Source: a virus
Taxonomy: Duplodnaviria > Heunggongvirae > Uroviricota > Caudoviricetes
DNA: 64,000 nt
Reading direction: 5' to 3' (one strand)
IMG/VR virus record: IMGVR_UViG_3300049571_000258
Coordinates: 70,186 to 134,185 of that record
Shown here piece after piece: positions 10,295-16,968 of the stretch. Under the pieces are notes generated by a model. The model was not told the DNA's origin, made no database searches, and saw nothing but the letters and a program-made list of their open reading frames with translations. The translations under genes were made by a program, and so were the position numbers. The first letter of the stretch is position 1. Every line of letters starts with the position of its first letter.

Positions 10295-10419
10295 TCCCCG
10301 CGTGGCCCGAGCGGGCGCGCGAGAACATCGAGCGCGGCGAGTGGGTTCCGTACGAGGGCGAGATCTGGCCGCCCGAGGCCGACCCCCGCACCGAGAAGAC
10401 CGACAAGCCTTCCCTGTAG
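10291..10419 (+). CDS. small hypothetical protein (42 aa)
   Basis: GTG in an ATGTGA overlap; good GC3; no recognisable motif. Confidence 0.3.
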   Translation: MIPAWPERARENIERGEWVPYEGEIWPPEADPRTEKTDKPSL

Positions 10420-10520
10420 GCCGCCGGTCTGCTACGCTGCGCGTCGTGTTCCTCCGAGAGCGAAATCCCGAGTCGGAAGCCAAGTAGGCGCGGCTAGTCG
10501 CCGCTGCCCGCTTTCGATCG

Positions 10521-10593
10521 GGGGACGTAGCTCAGAGGCCAGAGCAGGACTCTCTTAAAGTCACGCGCGTGGGTTCGACTCCCACCGTCCCCA
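10521..10593 (+). tRNA. tRNA-Lys: tRNA-Lys (CTT)
   Basis: Hand-folded cloverleaf: acceptor ggggacg/cgtcccc, D gctc/gagc, anticodon loop ctCTTaa, T-arm gtggg-ttcgact-cccac. Confidence 0.7.
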
Positions 10594-10607
10594 CCTCGTA
10601 GTACCCC

Positions 10608-10679
10608 GGCGCGTTCGACTAATCGGTAGGTCACCAGGCCCTCACCCTGGAAGCGCAGGTTCAAGTCCTGTACGCGTCA
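10608..10679 (+). tRNA. tRNA-Glu: tRNA, probably Glu (CTC); anticodon loop has C at position 33
   Basis: Acceptor ggcgcgt/acgcgtc (one GU), anticodon stem ccagg/cctgg, loop ccCTCac, T-arm gcagg-ttcaagt-cctgt. Confidence 0.5.
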
Positions 10680-10752
10680 TGGCCAGTAGCTCAGTCGGCA
10701 GAGCCATCGCCTGTTAAGCGAGGGGTCGCAGGTTCGAGTCCTGCCTGGCCAG
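10680..10752 (+). tRNA. tRNA-Asn: tRNA-Asn (GTT)
   Basis: Acceptor tggccag/ctggcca, D gctc/gagc, loop ctGTTaa, T-arm gcagg-ttcgagt-cctgc. Confidence 0.65.
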
Positions 10753-10802
10753 TCGCAGTACGTACCCTCCTAGCGTCCATCTACGCCTGGAGGGTTCTTC
10801 CC

Positions 10803-11114
10803 ATGGCACTCACATCGGTCGGAACGGCGCTCGCTGCGTCGAACCGCAACTCGCAGGTCGAGGTGCGCGCAGCTGTCAAGGAGCTTCAGGGCCTCAAGCA
10901 GGCCGTCGTCTCCGGCGCCGCGGCGAACACGAACATCGCGATCACCGGCATCTCCACCGCCGACAAGCTCGTCGGCGTCATCGAGGTCCCGGCGGCCACG
11001 ACCACTCTCGTCGACCGCACGTCGGTCGCGTCGATCACCTCGGCTGGCAACATCCAGCTGACGCAGTCGACGTCGGGCAACCAGCTGCTCGTGACGTACT
11101 TCGACGTCGCCTAG
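10803..11114 (+). CDS. hypothetical protein (103 aa, Ala/Thr/Ser-rich)
   Basis: ORF track; SD ggaggg upstream; followed by a GC hairpin. Confidence 0.55.
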   Translation: MALTSVGTALAASNRNSQVEVRAAVKELQGLKQAVVSGAAANTNIAITGISTADKLVGVIEVPAATTTLVDRTSVASITSAGNIQLTQSTSGNQLLVTYFDVA

Positions 11115-11121
11115 TGCACAA

Positions 11122-11149
11122 GCGGGCGGATCCTGTGCGGTCCGCCCGC
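11122..11149. terminator. GC-rich hairpin, likely terminator
   Basis: gcgggcgga / tccgcccgc 9-bp perfect stem directly after the stop of 10803..11114; weak U tail, as usual at high GC. Confidence 0.45.
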
Positions 11150-11174
11150 AAAGTGCGATGTTCCGTCGTCCGGT

Positions 11175-12371
11175 ATGTCTGCCAGTCTGTGCGACGTGGA
11201 CCTCACGGATGCAGACATCATCCAGACGGTCAGGCGCCACCGGGGGCAGATCCAGCCTGCCGCTCGTGCGCTCGGAATCGCTCCGTCCACACTACGCAGC
11301 CGGATCAACAACCGACCTGACGTGGTCGCGGCCATCGAGGCGATCCGTGCGGAGCACGGCTTCGGCGGCACGCCCACCGCGGCTCCCCTTGAGCCGACCG
11401 GCGCGCAGCAGGACGCGGACGAGTTCCATCACCGTCTGCACACACTCCTGAAGAAGCGCGGCGGCACGGTCGAGGAGATCGCCGACGCGCTCGACGTCGC
11501 GCCACGGCGCGTGCGGGAGGGCATCGAGCAGCTACAGCACAGGGGCTTCCGTGTCGGCAGCCCCACCGGCAACGACGAGCAGATCGTTCTGCATCGCGTC
11601 GCGCCGGACAAGCTAAACCTGCACAAGTCGCTGCTGGACGGCGACCATCTGCGGATCGGCGTCGTCTCCGACACGCACCTCGGCTCCAACGAGGAGGCGC
11701 TGGGCGAGCTTCACCTCGCCTACGACCGCTTCCAGGAGGAGGGGATCACCGAGGTCTATCACGCGGGCGACTTCGTCTGCGGCCTCGGGATCTTCCCGAC
11801 GCAGGGGTCCGAGATCCACGAGCACACCTTCGAGGACCAGGTCGAGTACCTGGTCGAGAACTACCCCAAGCGCGACGGCATCATCACACGCGGGATCTCC
11901 GGCAACCACGACATCGAGGGCCAGTTCGGGCGCATCGGTGCCGACCCGGTCGCCGCGGCTGCGCACCGGCGCGACGACATCGACTACCTGGGCGCGTACT
12001 CGGCCTGGGTGGAGCTTCCCAACGGGGCGTGGATGCATCTGCTCCACGGCAAGGGCGGGATGTCCTACGCGTATAGTTACAAAGCTCAGAAGCTAGTGGA
12101 CGGCTACCCGTCGGGCCGCAAGCCCGCGATCCTGTGCGTCGGCCACTGGCACGTGTCGGGCCACATCGAGGCGCGCGGCGTGCAGGTCATCTGGCCGGGG
12201 GCGTTCGAGTGGAAGTCGAAGTTCATGGAGCGCCTGGGCCTCTCGCCCTCGGTGGGCTTCCAGATCCTGGACATCGCTCTGGGCGAGGACGGGTCCCTGG
12301 TGCAGTTCACCCGCAACTGGTTCAGGTTCTGGGAGGGCCGAACCGTCGTCTCCACCCCCGATGCCTCATAA
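11175..12371 (+). CDS. N-terminal HTH fused to a calcineurin-like metallophosphoesterase
   Basis: N-terminus ALGIAPSTLRSRI (Fis-type HTH); phosphoesterase motifs DTHLG, GDFV, GNHD, GHWH. Confidence 0.7.
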   Translation: MSASLCDVDLTDADIIQTVRRHRGQIQPAARALGIAPSTLRSRINNRPDVVAAIEAIRAEHGFGGTPTAAPLEPTGAQQDADEFHHRLHTLLKKRGGTVEEIADALDVAPRRVREGIEQLQHRGFRVGSPTGNDEQIVLHRVAPDKLNLHKSLLDGDHLRIGVVSDTHLGSNEEALGELHLAYDRFQEEGITEVYHAGDFVCGLGIFPTQGSEIHEHTFEDQVEYLVENYPKRDGIITRGISGNHDIEGQFGRIGADPVAAAAHRRDDIDYLGAYSAWVELPNGAWMHLLHGKGGMSYAYSYKAQKLVDGYPSGRKPAILCVGHWHVSGHIEARGVQVIWPGAFEWKSKFMERLGLSPSVGFQILDIALGEDGSLVQFTRNWFRFWEGRTVVSTPDAS

Positions 12372-12777
12372 GGATCCGGCGGCGCGCAAGGCGTACATGG
12401 ACGCCTACAACGCGCGGCGACGCGCCGAGATGCGCGAGTATTGCCGCGAGTGGCGGCGCGAGCACCCGGAGAGGGCGAAGGCGGCGCACGACGCCTGGAA
12501 GGCGAAGTACCCCGATCGCGCGCGTGACCTGTGGCGACGGATGGCCCACCGGCGCGCGGGGGACCTCACGTCCGAGACACAGGAGTACGACACGATCCTG
12601 CGCGGCGACCCGTGCTGCTACTGCGGCGCGCCGACGAAGGAGGTCGACCACATCGTGCCCCTGGCGAGCGGTGGCGATGGGGCGTGGGACAACCTCACGG
12701 CGGCGTGCAGGCACTGCAACCGCTCGAAGCACGGTGCGCCCCTCTTGCACTTCCTCCTGCGCCGCGCTACGGTGTAG
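12361..12777 (+). CDS. HNH endonuclease
   Basis: CCYCG...EVDHIVPLASGG...DNL..ACRHCNRSK, the classic HNH zinc-finger nuclease motif. Confidence 0.8.
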   Translation: MPHKDPAARKAYMDAYNARRRAEMREYCREWRREHPERAKAAHDAWKAKYPDRARDLWRRMAHRRAGDLTSETQEYDTILRGDPCCYCGAPTKEVDHIVPLASGGDGAWDNLTAACRHCNRSKHGAPLLHFLLRRATV

Positions 12778-12846
12778 CCATGCGTCGAACCCGAACGCAA
12801 ACGCGACAGACTCAGCAGCGCTAGGCGCTGCACGTCGTCGTTCTAT

Positions 12847-12919
12847 TGCGGGTTCGTCTATCTGGCAAAGACACCGGGTCCTGGCCCCGGGAAGGTGGGT
12901 TCGAGTCCTACGCCCGCAG
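12847..12919 (+). tRNA. tRNA-Gln: tRNA, probably Gln (CTG); C at position 33, anticodon uncertain
   Basis: Acceptor tgcgggt/gcccgca, D gtct/agac, anticodon stem ccggg/cccgg, loop tcCTGgc, T-arm gtggg-ttcgagt-cctac. Confidence 0.45.
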
Positions 12920-12926
12920 CCTTCAA

Positions 12927-13000
12927 GCCGAAGTAGCTCACGCTGGTAGAGCAGCGCTCTTGTAAAGCGACGGTCGCGGGTTCGATTCCTGTCTTCGGCT
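12927..13000 (+). tRNA. tRNA-Thr: tRNA-Thr (TGT)
   Basis: Acceptor gccgaag/cttcggc perfect; loop ctTGTaa; T-arm gcggg-ttcgatt-cctgt. Confidence 0.7.
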
Positions 13001-13045
13001 CCTAGTCTGTGCATGCCTGTGCGCCCGCCCGGGTATCCCAGAATC

Positions 13046-13123
13046 ATGTCCCTTGAGCGCGCCATCGTCATCGTCATCCTCGTCGCGTTGGCCGTGTGGC
13101 TGCTGACGAGGATCTTCGGCTAG
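13046..13123 (+). CDS. small membrane peptide (25 aa)
   Basis: ATG...TAG; hydrophobic (IVIVILVALAVWLL); below the ORF-track cutoff. Confidence 0.3.
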   Translation: MSLERAIVIVILVALAVWLLTRIFG

Positions 13124-13252
13124 ATGCCCGTGAAGATCCTGTGCAGCTGCGGCCACTCGGCCGCGGCGCACGTCTACCACGCCCTGACGGGGATGTTCCC
13201 GTGCAAGCGTTGTCCGTGCCCGGCGTTCCAGCCGACGTCGCCGACGACTTGA
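13124..13252 (+). CDS. small Cys/His-rich zinc-finger-like protein (42 aa)
   Basis: CSCGH...H..H...CKRCPCP; high GC3; abuts the previous stop. Confidence 0.45.
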   Translation: MPVKILCSCGHSAAAHVYHALTGMFPCKRCPCPAFQPTSPTT

Positions 13253-13277
13253 CGTAGCACACGTCATGCGCTTTAAT
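13249..13277 (+). promoter_or_regulatory. promoter: TTGACG, 17 bp spacer containing palindrome gcacacgtcatgcgc, -10 TTTAAT; leaderless ATG 6 nt later
   Basis: Classic -35/-10 spacing; the spacer is one copy of the recurring GCACAC-N3-GTGTGC operator. Confidence 0.55.
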
Positions 13278-13283
13278 GGGTGC

Positions 13284-13388
13284 ATGACAAAGACCACTCC
13301 CATCCCAACCCCTTACCCCGAAATGGCGAAGCTGGAAGCCGCACACAAGGTGCGCATGACCGCGCTCGGCGTGAAGGGGGCCTACTAG
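13284..13388 (+). CDS. small hypothetical protein (34 aa), leaderless
   Basis: ATG 6 nt after the -10 box; GC3 only moderate. Confidence 0.3.
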   Translation: MTKTTPIPTPYPEMAKLEAAHKVRMTALGVKGAY

Positions 13389-13547
13389 TCGGTGCTCTAC
13401 ACGATCCTCCTGATCGTCGTCTTCCTGGCCGCGGTCGCCTGGGGGTGGGGCTGCCAGTGCCCGTACTGCGGCCACTCCAATCGCTGGCCGAAGTGGCTGT
13501 TCCCGGTGTGCCAGCGCTGCCTGCGCGACCGCACGCGCCACTCGTAG
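13389..13547 (+). CDS. small membrane plus zinc-ribbon protein (52 aa)
   Basis: GTG start; TM helix followed by CQCPYCGH...CQRC; strong GC3. Confidence 0.5.
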   Translation, partial: SVLYTILLIVVFLAAVAWGWGCQCPYCGHSNRWPKWLFPVCQRCLRDRTRHS

Positions 13548-13583
13548 TTGCACTCGCCGGAGGGACCCGCTAGTCTCTCCGGC

Positions 13584-13657
13584 GGGCCTGTAGCTCAGCT
13601 GGCGAGAGCGCCGCCCTTGCAAGGCGGAGGTCGGGGGTTCGAAGCCCCCTAGGTCCA
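13584..13657 (+). tRNA. tRNA-Ala: tRNA-Ala (TGC)
   Basis: Acceptor gggcctg/taggtcc (2 GU), anticodon stem ccgcc/ggcgg, loop ctTGCaa, T-arm ggggg-ttcgaag-ccccc. Confidence 0.65.
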
Positions 13658-13900
13658 CCTCACATAGCTGCGGGCCGAAGGGCCATCGGTTCTCTGACAC
13701 CTCCCGGGAGGTGGGACGCGAGTCCACACACCGGGTCTACCCGGGGATTCACGCGAGAGCGCCCCGTTCCGATCCCACCACATGACCGCAGCGCCCTCTT
13801 GGGGACGCGGGCCGAAGGGTCTGTCGGTTACCTGCTATTGGATCAGACGGGGCCTCTGGCCCCTTTCCGACTCCCGCACCACGACCGCGTCTCCTACTTT

Positions 13901-13973
13901 GCGCCGGTAGCTCATCGGGTAGAGCGACAGCCCCCCAAGCTGTAGGCGGTCGGTTCGAGACCGACTCGGCGCT
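13901..13973 (+). tRNA. tRNA-Gly: tRNA, probably Gly (CCC); C at position 33
   Basis: Acceptor gcgccgg/tcggcgc, anticodon stem acagc/gctgt perfect, loop ccCCCaa, T-arm gtcgg-ttcgaga-ccgac. Confidence 0.5.
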
Positions 13974-14042
13974 CCTGTTCGGTGTGGGCCGCTCAACGAT
14001 CCGCACTTGCGTGCGCGGGGAGTACGCGATATCGTCGGAGGC

Positions 14043-14116
14043 GCGCTAGTAGCTCACGCTGGCAGAGCGCCACCTTGCCATGGTGGAGGTAGCCGGATCG
14101 TCGCCGGTCTAGCGCT
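14043..14116 (+). tRNA. tRNA-Gly: tRNA-Gly (GCC) with non-canonical T-loop (atcgtcg)
   Basis: Acceptor gcgctag/ctagcgc perfect, anticodon stem ccacc/ggtgg, loop ttGCCat; T-loop lacks TTC. Confidence 0.55.
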
Positions 14117-14171
14117 TCTGGACGGGACAGGGGAGAGGCACAGGGGTGGTCTTCGGGCCGCCCCTTTGTGT

Positions 14172-14192
14172 GCTCACGTCGTGTGCTACCGT
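14172..14192 (+). promoter_or_regulatory. promoter/operator: gctcacgtcgtgtgc + TACCGT; leaderless ATG at 14201
   Basis: Member of the recurring palindrome plus extended -10 motif. Confidence 0.5.
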
Positions 14193-14200
14193 GCGCAGCC

Positions 14201-14464
14201 ATGGCCAGCATGTACGAGACGCAGGAGTGCCCGAAGTGTGGAGCGAGCCTCCGCGGGGACCCGATCCCGGAGAGGTCGCAGAGCATCTACGGCTCGACGC
14301 ACTTCTCGAACGTCATCGGCGTGCAGTACGCGTGGGACGACCCCAACCACTACGACGGGGTGTCGGAGTGGCGATGCCCTCACTGTGGGTATCGGGAGGG
14401 CCGGTGGTCGGGGCGCGCACTGGGACCGAACGAGACCGAGCCGCCCTTCGGGAGATCGCGGTGA
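14201..14464 (+). CDS. zinc-ribbon protein
   Basis: CPKCG...CPHCG; in-frame part of ORF 14168..14464; leaderless from the promoter at 14172. Confidence 0.55.
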   Translation: MASMYETQECPKCGASLRGDPIPERSQSIYGSTHFSNVIGVQYAWDDPNHYDGVSEWRCPHCGYREGRWSGRALGPNETEPPFGRSR

Positions 14465-14637
14465 TCTTCAGGGTGCTCTGGCACATCGTGTGGATCATGC
14501 TCGCCTGCGTGGCGGGCCTGAACCTCGGCTACGTGGCCAGCGGCCAGTGGGTCTACGCGCCGTTCGCGGTCATGTGGATCGCGCTGCTGATCCGACATAT
14601 CAGGGTGGGTATCAAGGGGGTAGGAGATGGGCAGTGA
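14461..14637 (+). CDS. small membrane protein (58 aa)
   Basis: GTG in a GTGA overlap; two hydrophobic helices. Confidence 0.35.
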   Translation: MIFRVLWHIVWIMLACVAGLNLGYVASGQWVYAPFAVMWIALLIRHIRVGIKGVGDGQ

Positions 14638-15439
14638 ACTGACGGTGCGCAAGGCTCAGGCGCGAGGACCGGTGATCATCTCGCGCGAGTTGTTGGGCAA
14701 GTCGAAGTTGACGCTCGGCGAGTGGGTGTGGGCGCATCACTACGCAGCCCGGGGCGTCGGCAGTCTCGCCGCCCTCCTGCTCGGTGTCGGGATCACCATC
14801 TTCGGCCCCCTGGTGCTCGGCGCCCTCATCATCACCGCGAGCGTGGTGGCGGCTGTCGTCGTGTGCATCCAGGCCGTCGACGCGTCCGACAATGGGATCA
14901 AGCCCCAGCTGCGCGTCGATGCTGTTCGACGCACGAAGCAGGCGCTCGGCGCCCCGCACGCCGCTGAGCGCATTGGACGCGCCAGGGACGTGCGTTACAG
15001 CGTGTACGTGCCCTACGTCTATCGGGACGGGTCATCGATCCTGGTGGCGATCAAGCGCATGTGGAACGCCGACGCGCGTCGGTCGGGCGACTATGGCCCG
15101 GTCATCAAGGGGGCGAACTGGCCGTACTTCTCCCACGAGGAGACGGTGCGCTTCGACTTCGACTCGGCTACCGGATCGTTCGGCCAGTACGAGGGCAAGC
15201 GCATCCGCATCTCCGAGCCGACGCTGGGGCGGGTCGACGCGGCCTACAGGGAGGTCGCGGAGGTCGCCGCGGCGCTGGAGCAGGCCTCCTACAACGAAGC
15301 CCTGCGCGAGCGCGAGATCCAGCGCCTGGCGTTGCTGTACTCACACCCGGAGGGGCCGAAGAAGGAGCGCGAGCGCATCGCGGCCGAGGAGACGAAGATG
15401 GACAAGGGGCTGGCCGATATCCTGCGGGGCAGGACGTGA
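14627..15439 (+). CDS. membrane-anchored hypothetical protein
   Basis: ORF track 270 aa; N-terminal TM helices (LAALLLGVGITIFGPLVLGALIITASVVAAVVV). Confidence 0.6.
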   Translation: MGSELTVRKAQARGPVIISRELLGKSKLTLGEWVWAHHYAARGVGSLAALLLGVGITIFGPLVLGALIITASVVAAVVVCIQAVDASDNGIKPQLRVDAVRRTKQALGAPHAAERIGRARDVRYSVYVPYVYRDGSSILVAIKRMWNADARRSGDYGPVIKGANWPYFSHEETVRFDFDSATGSFGQYEGKRIRISEPTLGRVDAAYREVAEVAAALEQASYNEALREREIQRLALLYSHPEGPKKERERIAAEETKMDKGLADILRGRT

Positions 15440-15975
15440 CCGAGCGCTCCTCCTACGACTTCGACCGGCTGTCGGACATCATGCTGCGCGCGATGCGTGA
15501 CAAGCCGCGCACGATGATGAACGACCACGCCACGCTCCGCCTCGATGACGGCGCGTACGATGCTGTGCGCGAACTGGTCGGCAACAAGATCCTGCCACCA
15601 CAGGGGTCCCCGTTCCCCGACAGCAAGCGCGACATGTGGGGCGGTGAGATCGAGCCTGTGCCGATCGAGGGCGGCAAGTGCATGGTGATGGCGGAGTTGT
15701 ACGGGCCGTTCTCGGACATGTCGGGCATGCTCGTCGTCAAGTTCGTCTACGGGACGCCGTCGCCGACGCGGACGATCGACGTCGGCGTGACGCGCTATCT
15801 CGGCGACTTCGGCTTCGAGCATGTGCGCATGCACCGCGGCGTCTACTTCTCGGACTTCTTCGAGACCGGCTACGAAGGCCATGGTGGGCGCGAGGTGAAG
15901 GCCGACCCCGACAAGTTCGCCGCGATCATCATGGCGCACATGCCGGAGAAGGACTTGAAGCGCTGCCGGTGGTGA
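15436..15975 (+). CDS. hypothetical protein (179 aa)
   Basis: GTG in a GTGA overlap; in frame with ORF 15061..15975; good GC3. Confidence 0.5.
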   Translation: MTERSSYDFDRLSDIMLRAMRDKPRTMMNDHATLRLDDGAYDAVRELVGNKILPPQGSPFPDSKRDMWGGEIEPVPIEGGKCMVMAELYGPFSDMSGMLVVKFVYGTPSPTRTIDVGVTRYLGDFGFEHVRMHRGVYFSDFFETGYEGHGGREVKADPDKFAAIIMAHMPEKDLKRCRW

Positions 15976-15990
15976 GCTAGGCTCCGCAGT

Positions 15991-16064
15991 GCCCCCGTAG
16001 CTCAGTGGTATAGAGCGCGACGCTGATAACGTCGAGGTCGGTGGTTCAATCCCACCCGGGTGCA
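15991..16064 (+). tRNA. tRNA-Ile: tRNA-Ile (GAT)
   Basis: D gctc/gagc, anticodon stem cgacg/cgtcg, loop ctGATaa, T-arm ggtgg-ttcaatc-ccacc; one mismatch in the acceptor. Confidence 0.6.
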
Positions 16065-16072
16065 CTGCACAA

Positions 16073-16144
16073 GCCCGCCTAGCTCAGAGGCAGAGCGCCG
16101 GTTCGACATACCGGAGGTCGGAGTCTCGGAATCTCCGGCGGGTA
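16073..16144 (+). tRNA. tRNA-Val: tRNA, probably Val (GAC); C at position 33
   Basis: Acceptor gcccgcc/ggcgggt, anticodon stem ccggt/accgg perfect, loop tcGACat. Confidence 0.45.
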
Positions 16145-16155
16145 CTTCACCCCTT

Positions 16156-16230
16156 GGGCGGGTAGCTCAGTCGGGAGAGCGCCGTGTTCACACCGCGGGT
16201 CCGTCGGAGGTTCGATCCCTCCTCCGCCTA
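16156..16230 (+). tRNA. tRNA-Val: tRNA-Val (CAC)
   Basis: Acceptor gggcggg/tccgcct (GU at both ends), loop ttCACac, T-arm ggagg-ttcgatc-cctcc. Confidence 0.55.
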
Positions 16231-16270
16231 CTGCTTCCGCCGCCGCGCGTGCGAACCTCACGTCGTGCGC

Positions 16271-16642
16271 ATGGGCGAGCGTCTATCCACCACGCGCGGC
16301 GAGCAGCAGCGCGTCGCCAACCAGCAGCGGATCGAGCCGTGGCCTGACGACGTGCCCGTGAACGGTCGCAACGCGCAGGATCTGCCGCCGCGGGTGCACC
16401 TGGGGCTGGGCGAGGACGAGGAGCAGCGCGCCCTGGTCGACCTGCGCGCGACGCTCGGCCACGCGCTGCCCGAGGCGGGCAAGAAGGGCCTCGCGACGGT
16501 CCTGCGCGACTACGCCTCCAAGAAGGAGAAGGGGTCGATGATCCAGGAGCGCGACGCGTGCGTGCGCGCGGCTGCGTGGTTCCTGCGCGAGGCGGTCCGC
16601 GTCGATCGTGTGCGACTGGCGAAGAGGGCCGACACCGAGTAG
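16271..16642 (+). CDS. hypothetical protein (123 aa)
   Basis: ATG at 16271, chosen downstream of tRNA-Val; in-frame tail of ORF 16184..16642. Confidence 0.45.
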   Translation: MGERLSTTRGEQQRVANQQRIEPWPDDVPVNGRNAQDLPPRVHLGLGEDEEQRALVDLRATLGHALPEAGKKGLATVLRDYASKKEKGSMIQERDACVRAAAWFLREAVRVDRVRLAKRADTE

Positions 16643-16652
16643 TCTTCCTGGC

Positions 16653-16723
16653 GGCGTGGTGCCGGAGCGGCCACGGGGCGGCCTGCAAAGCCGCAGACGA
16701 GGGTTCGAATCCCTCCCACGCCT
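16653..16723 (+). tRNA. tRNA-Cys: tRNA-Cys (GCA)
   Basis: Acceptor ggcgtgg/ccacgcc perfect, anticodon stem gcggc/gccgc, loop ctGCAaa, T-arm gaggg-ttcgaat-ccctc. Confidence 0.65.
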
Positions 16724-16732
16724 CTAGCGCCC

Positions 16733-16753
16733 GCACACGTCGTGTGCTACGGT
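16733..16753 (+). promoter_or_regulatory. promoter/operator: gcacacgtcgtgtgc + TACGGT, upstream of the Y-RNA-like element
   Basis: Perfect-half-site palindrome immediately followed by a TAnnnT -10 box. Confidence 0.5.
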
Positions 16754-16795
16754 GCATCCCGCCGGTTCGGAGTGACCCGGCAGACATAGACCTTA

Positions 16796-16933
16796 AGGCG
16801 GAGCGGGCCGACGGGCTGTCGGTTATCTCCTGTTAAGAGAGCGTTCCAGGTTCGAGTCCTGGCCCCCGCGCTCGTGGGGGTGGTGTAACGGCAACACGCT
16901 AACGGTCGACTCCCATTCCACGACCGCTCCGCC
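16796..16933 (+). ncRNA. yrlA: Y RNA (YrlA-like: tRNA-like module closed by a long terminal helix), the Rsr partner RNA
   Basis: 10-bp perfect long-range helix ggcggagcgg (16796-16805) with ccgctccgcc (16924-16933). It encloses a T-arm ccagg-TTCGAGT-cctgg, a D-arm-like gtgt-aacggca-acac and a GTT-loop hairpin, none of which folds as a normal tRNA. Sits between a promoter and the Ro60 gene. Confidence 0.55.
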
Positions 16934-16968
16934 CTTCGTCTTCGCACGCACGAGAGAAGAGGCCAGCC

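Noticed and set aside
12826-12852. Another copy of the palindrome-plus--10 promoter motif at cacgtcgtcgttctattgc
   Set aside because: Half-sites are degenerate and the putative -10 would lie inside the 5' acceptor stem of the tRNA at 12847.
15289-16787. ORF-track entries overlapping tRNA genes (15289..16065 -, 16079..16261 -, 16188..16787 -, 16747..16947 -, 45888..46436 -, 46285..46515 -, 46925..47155 +)
   Set aside because: Translations contain G(I/F/V)EP(P/T/S) strings, the reverse-complement signature of tRNA T-arms. They are artefacts of the tRNA islands.
16780-16940. tmRNA, or a simple degenerate tRNA-Asn, as explanations for the T-arm-containing element upstream of rsr
   Set aside because: Far too short for a tmRNA and no tag-peptide reading frame. 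It cannot be closed as a cloverleaf (no acceptor pairing), whereas its outer ends form a perfect 10-bp helix. The Y RNA interpretation next to Ro60 is more parsimonious.
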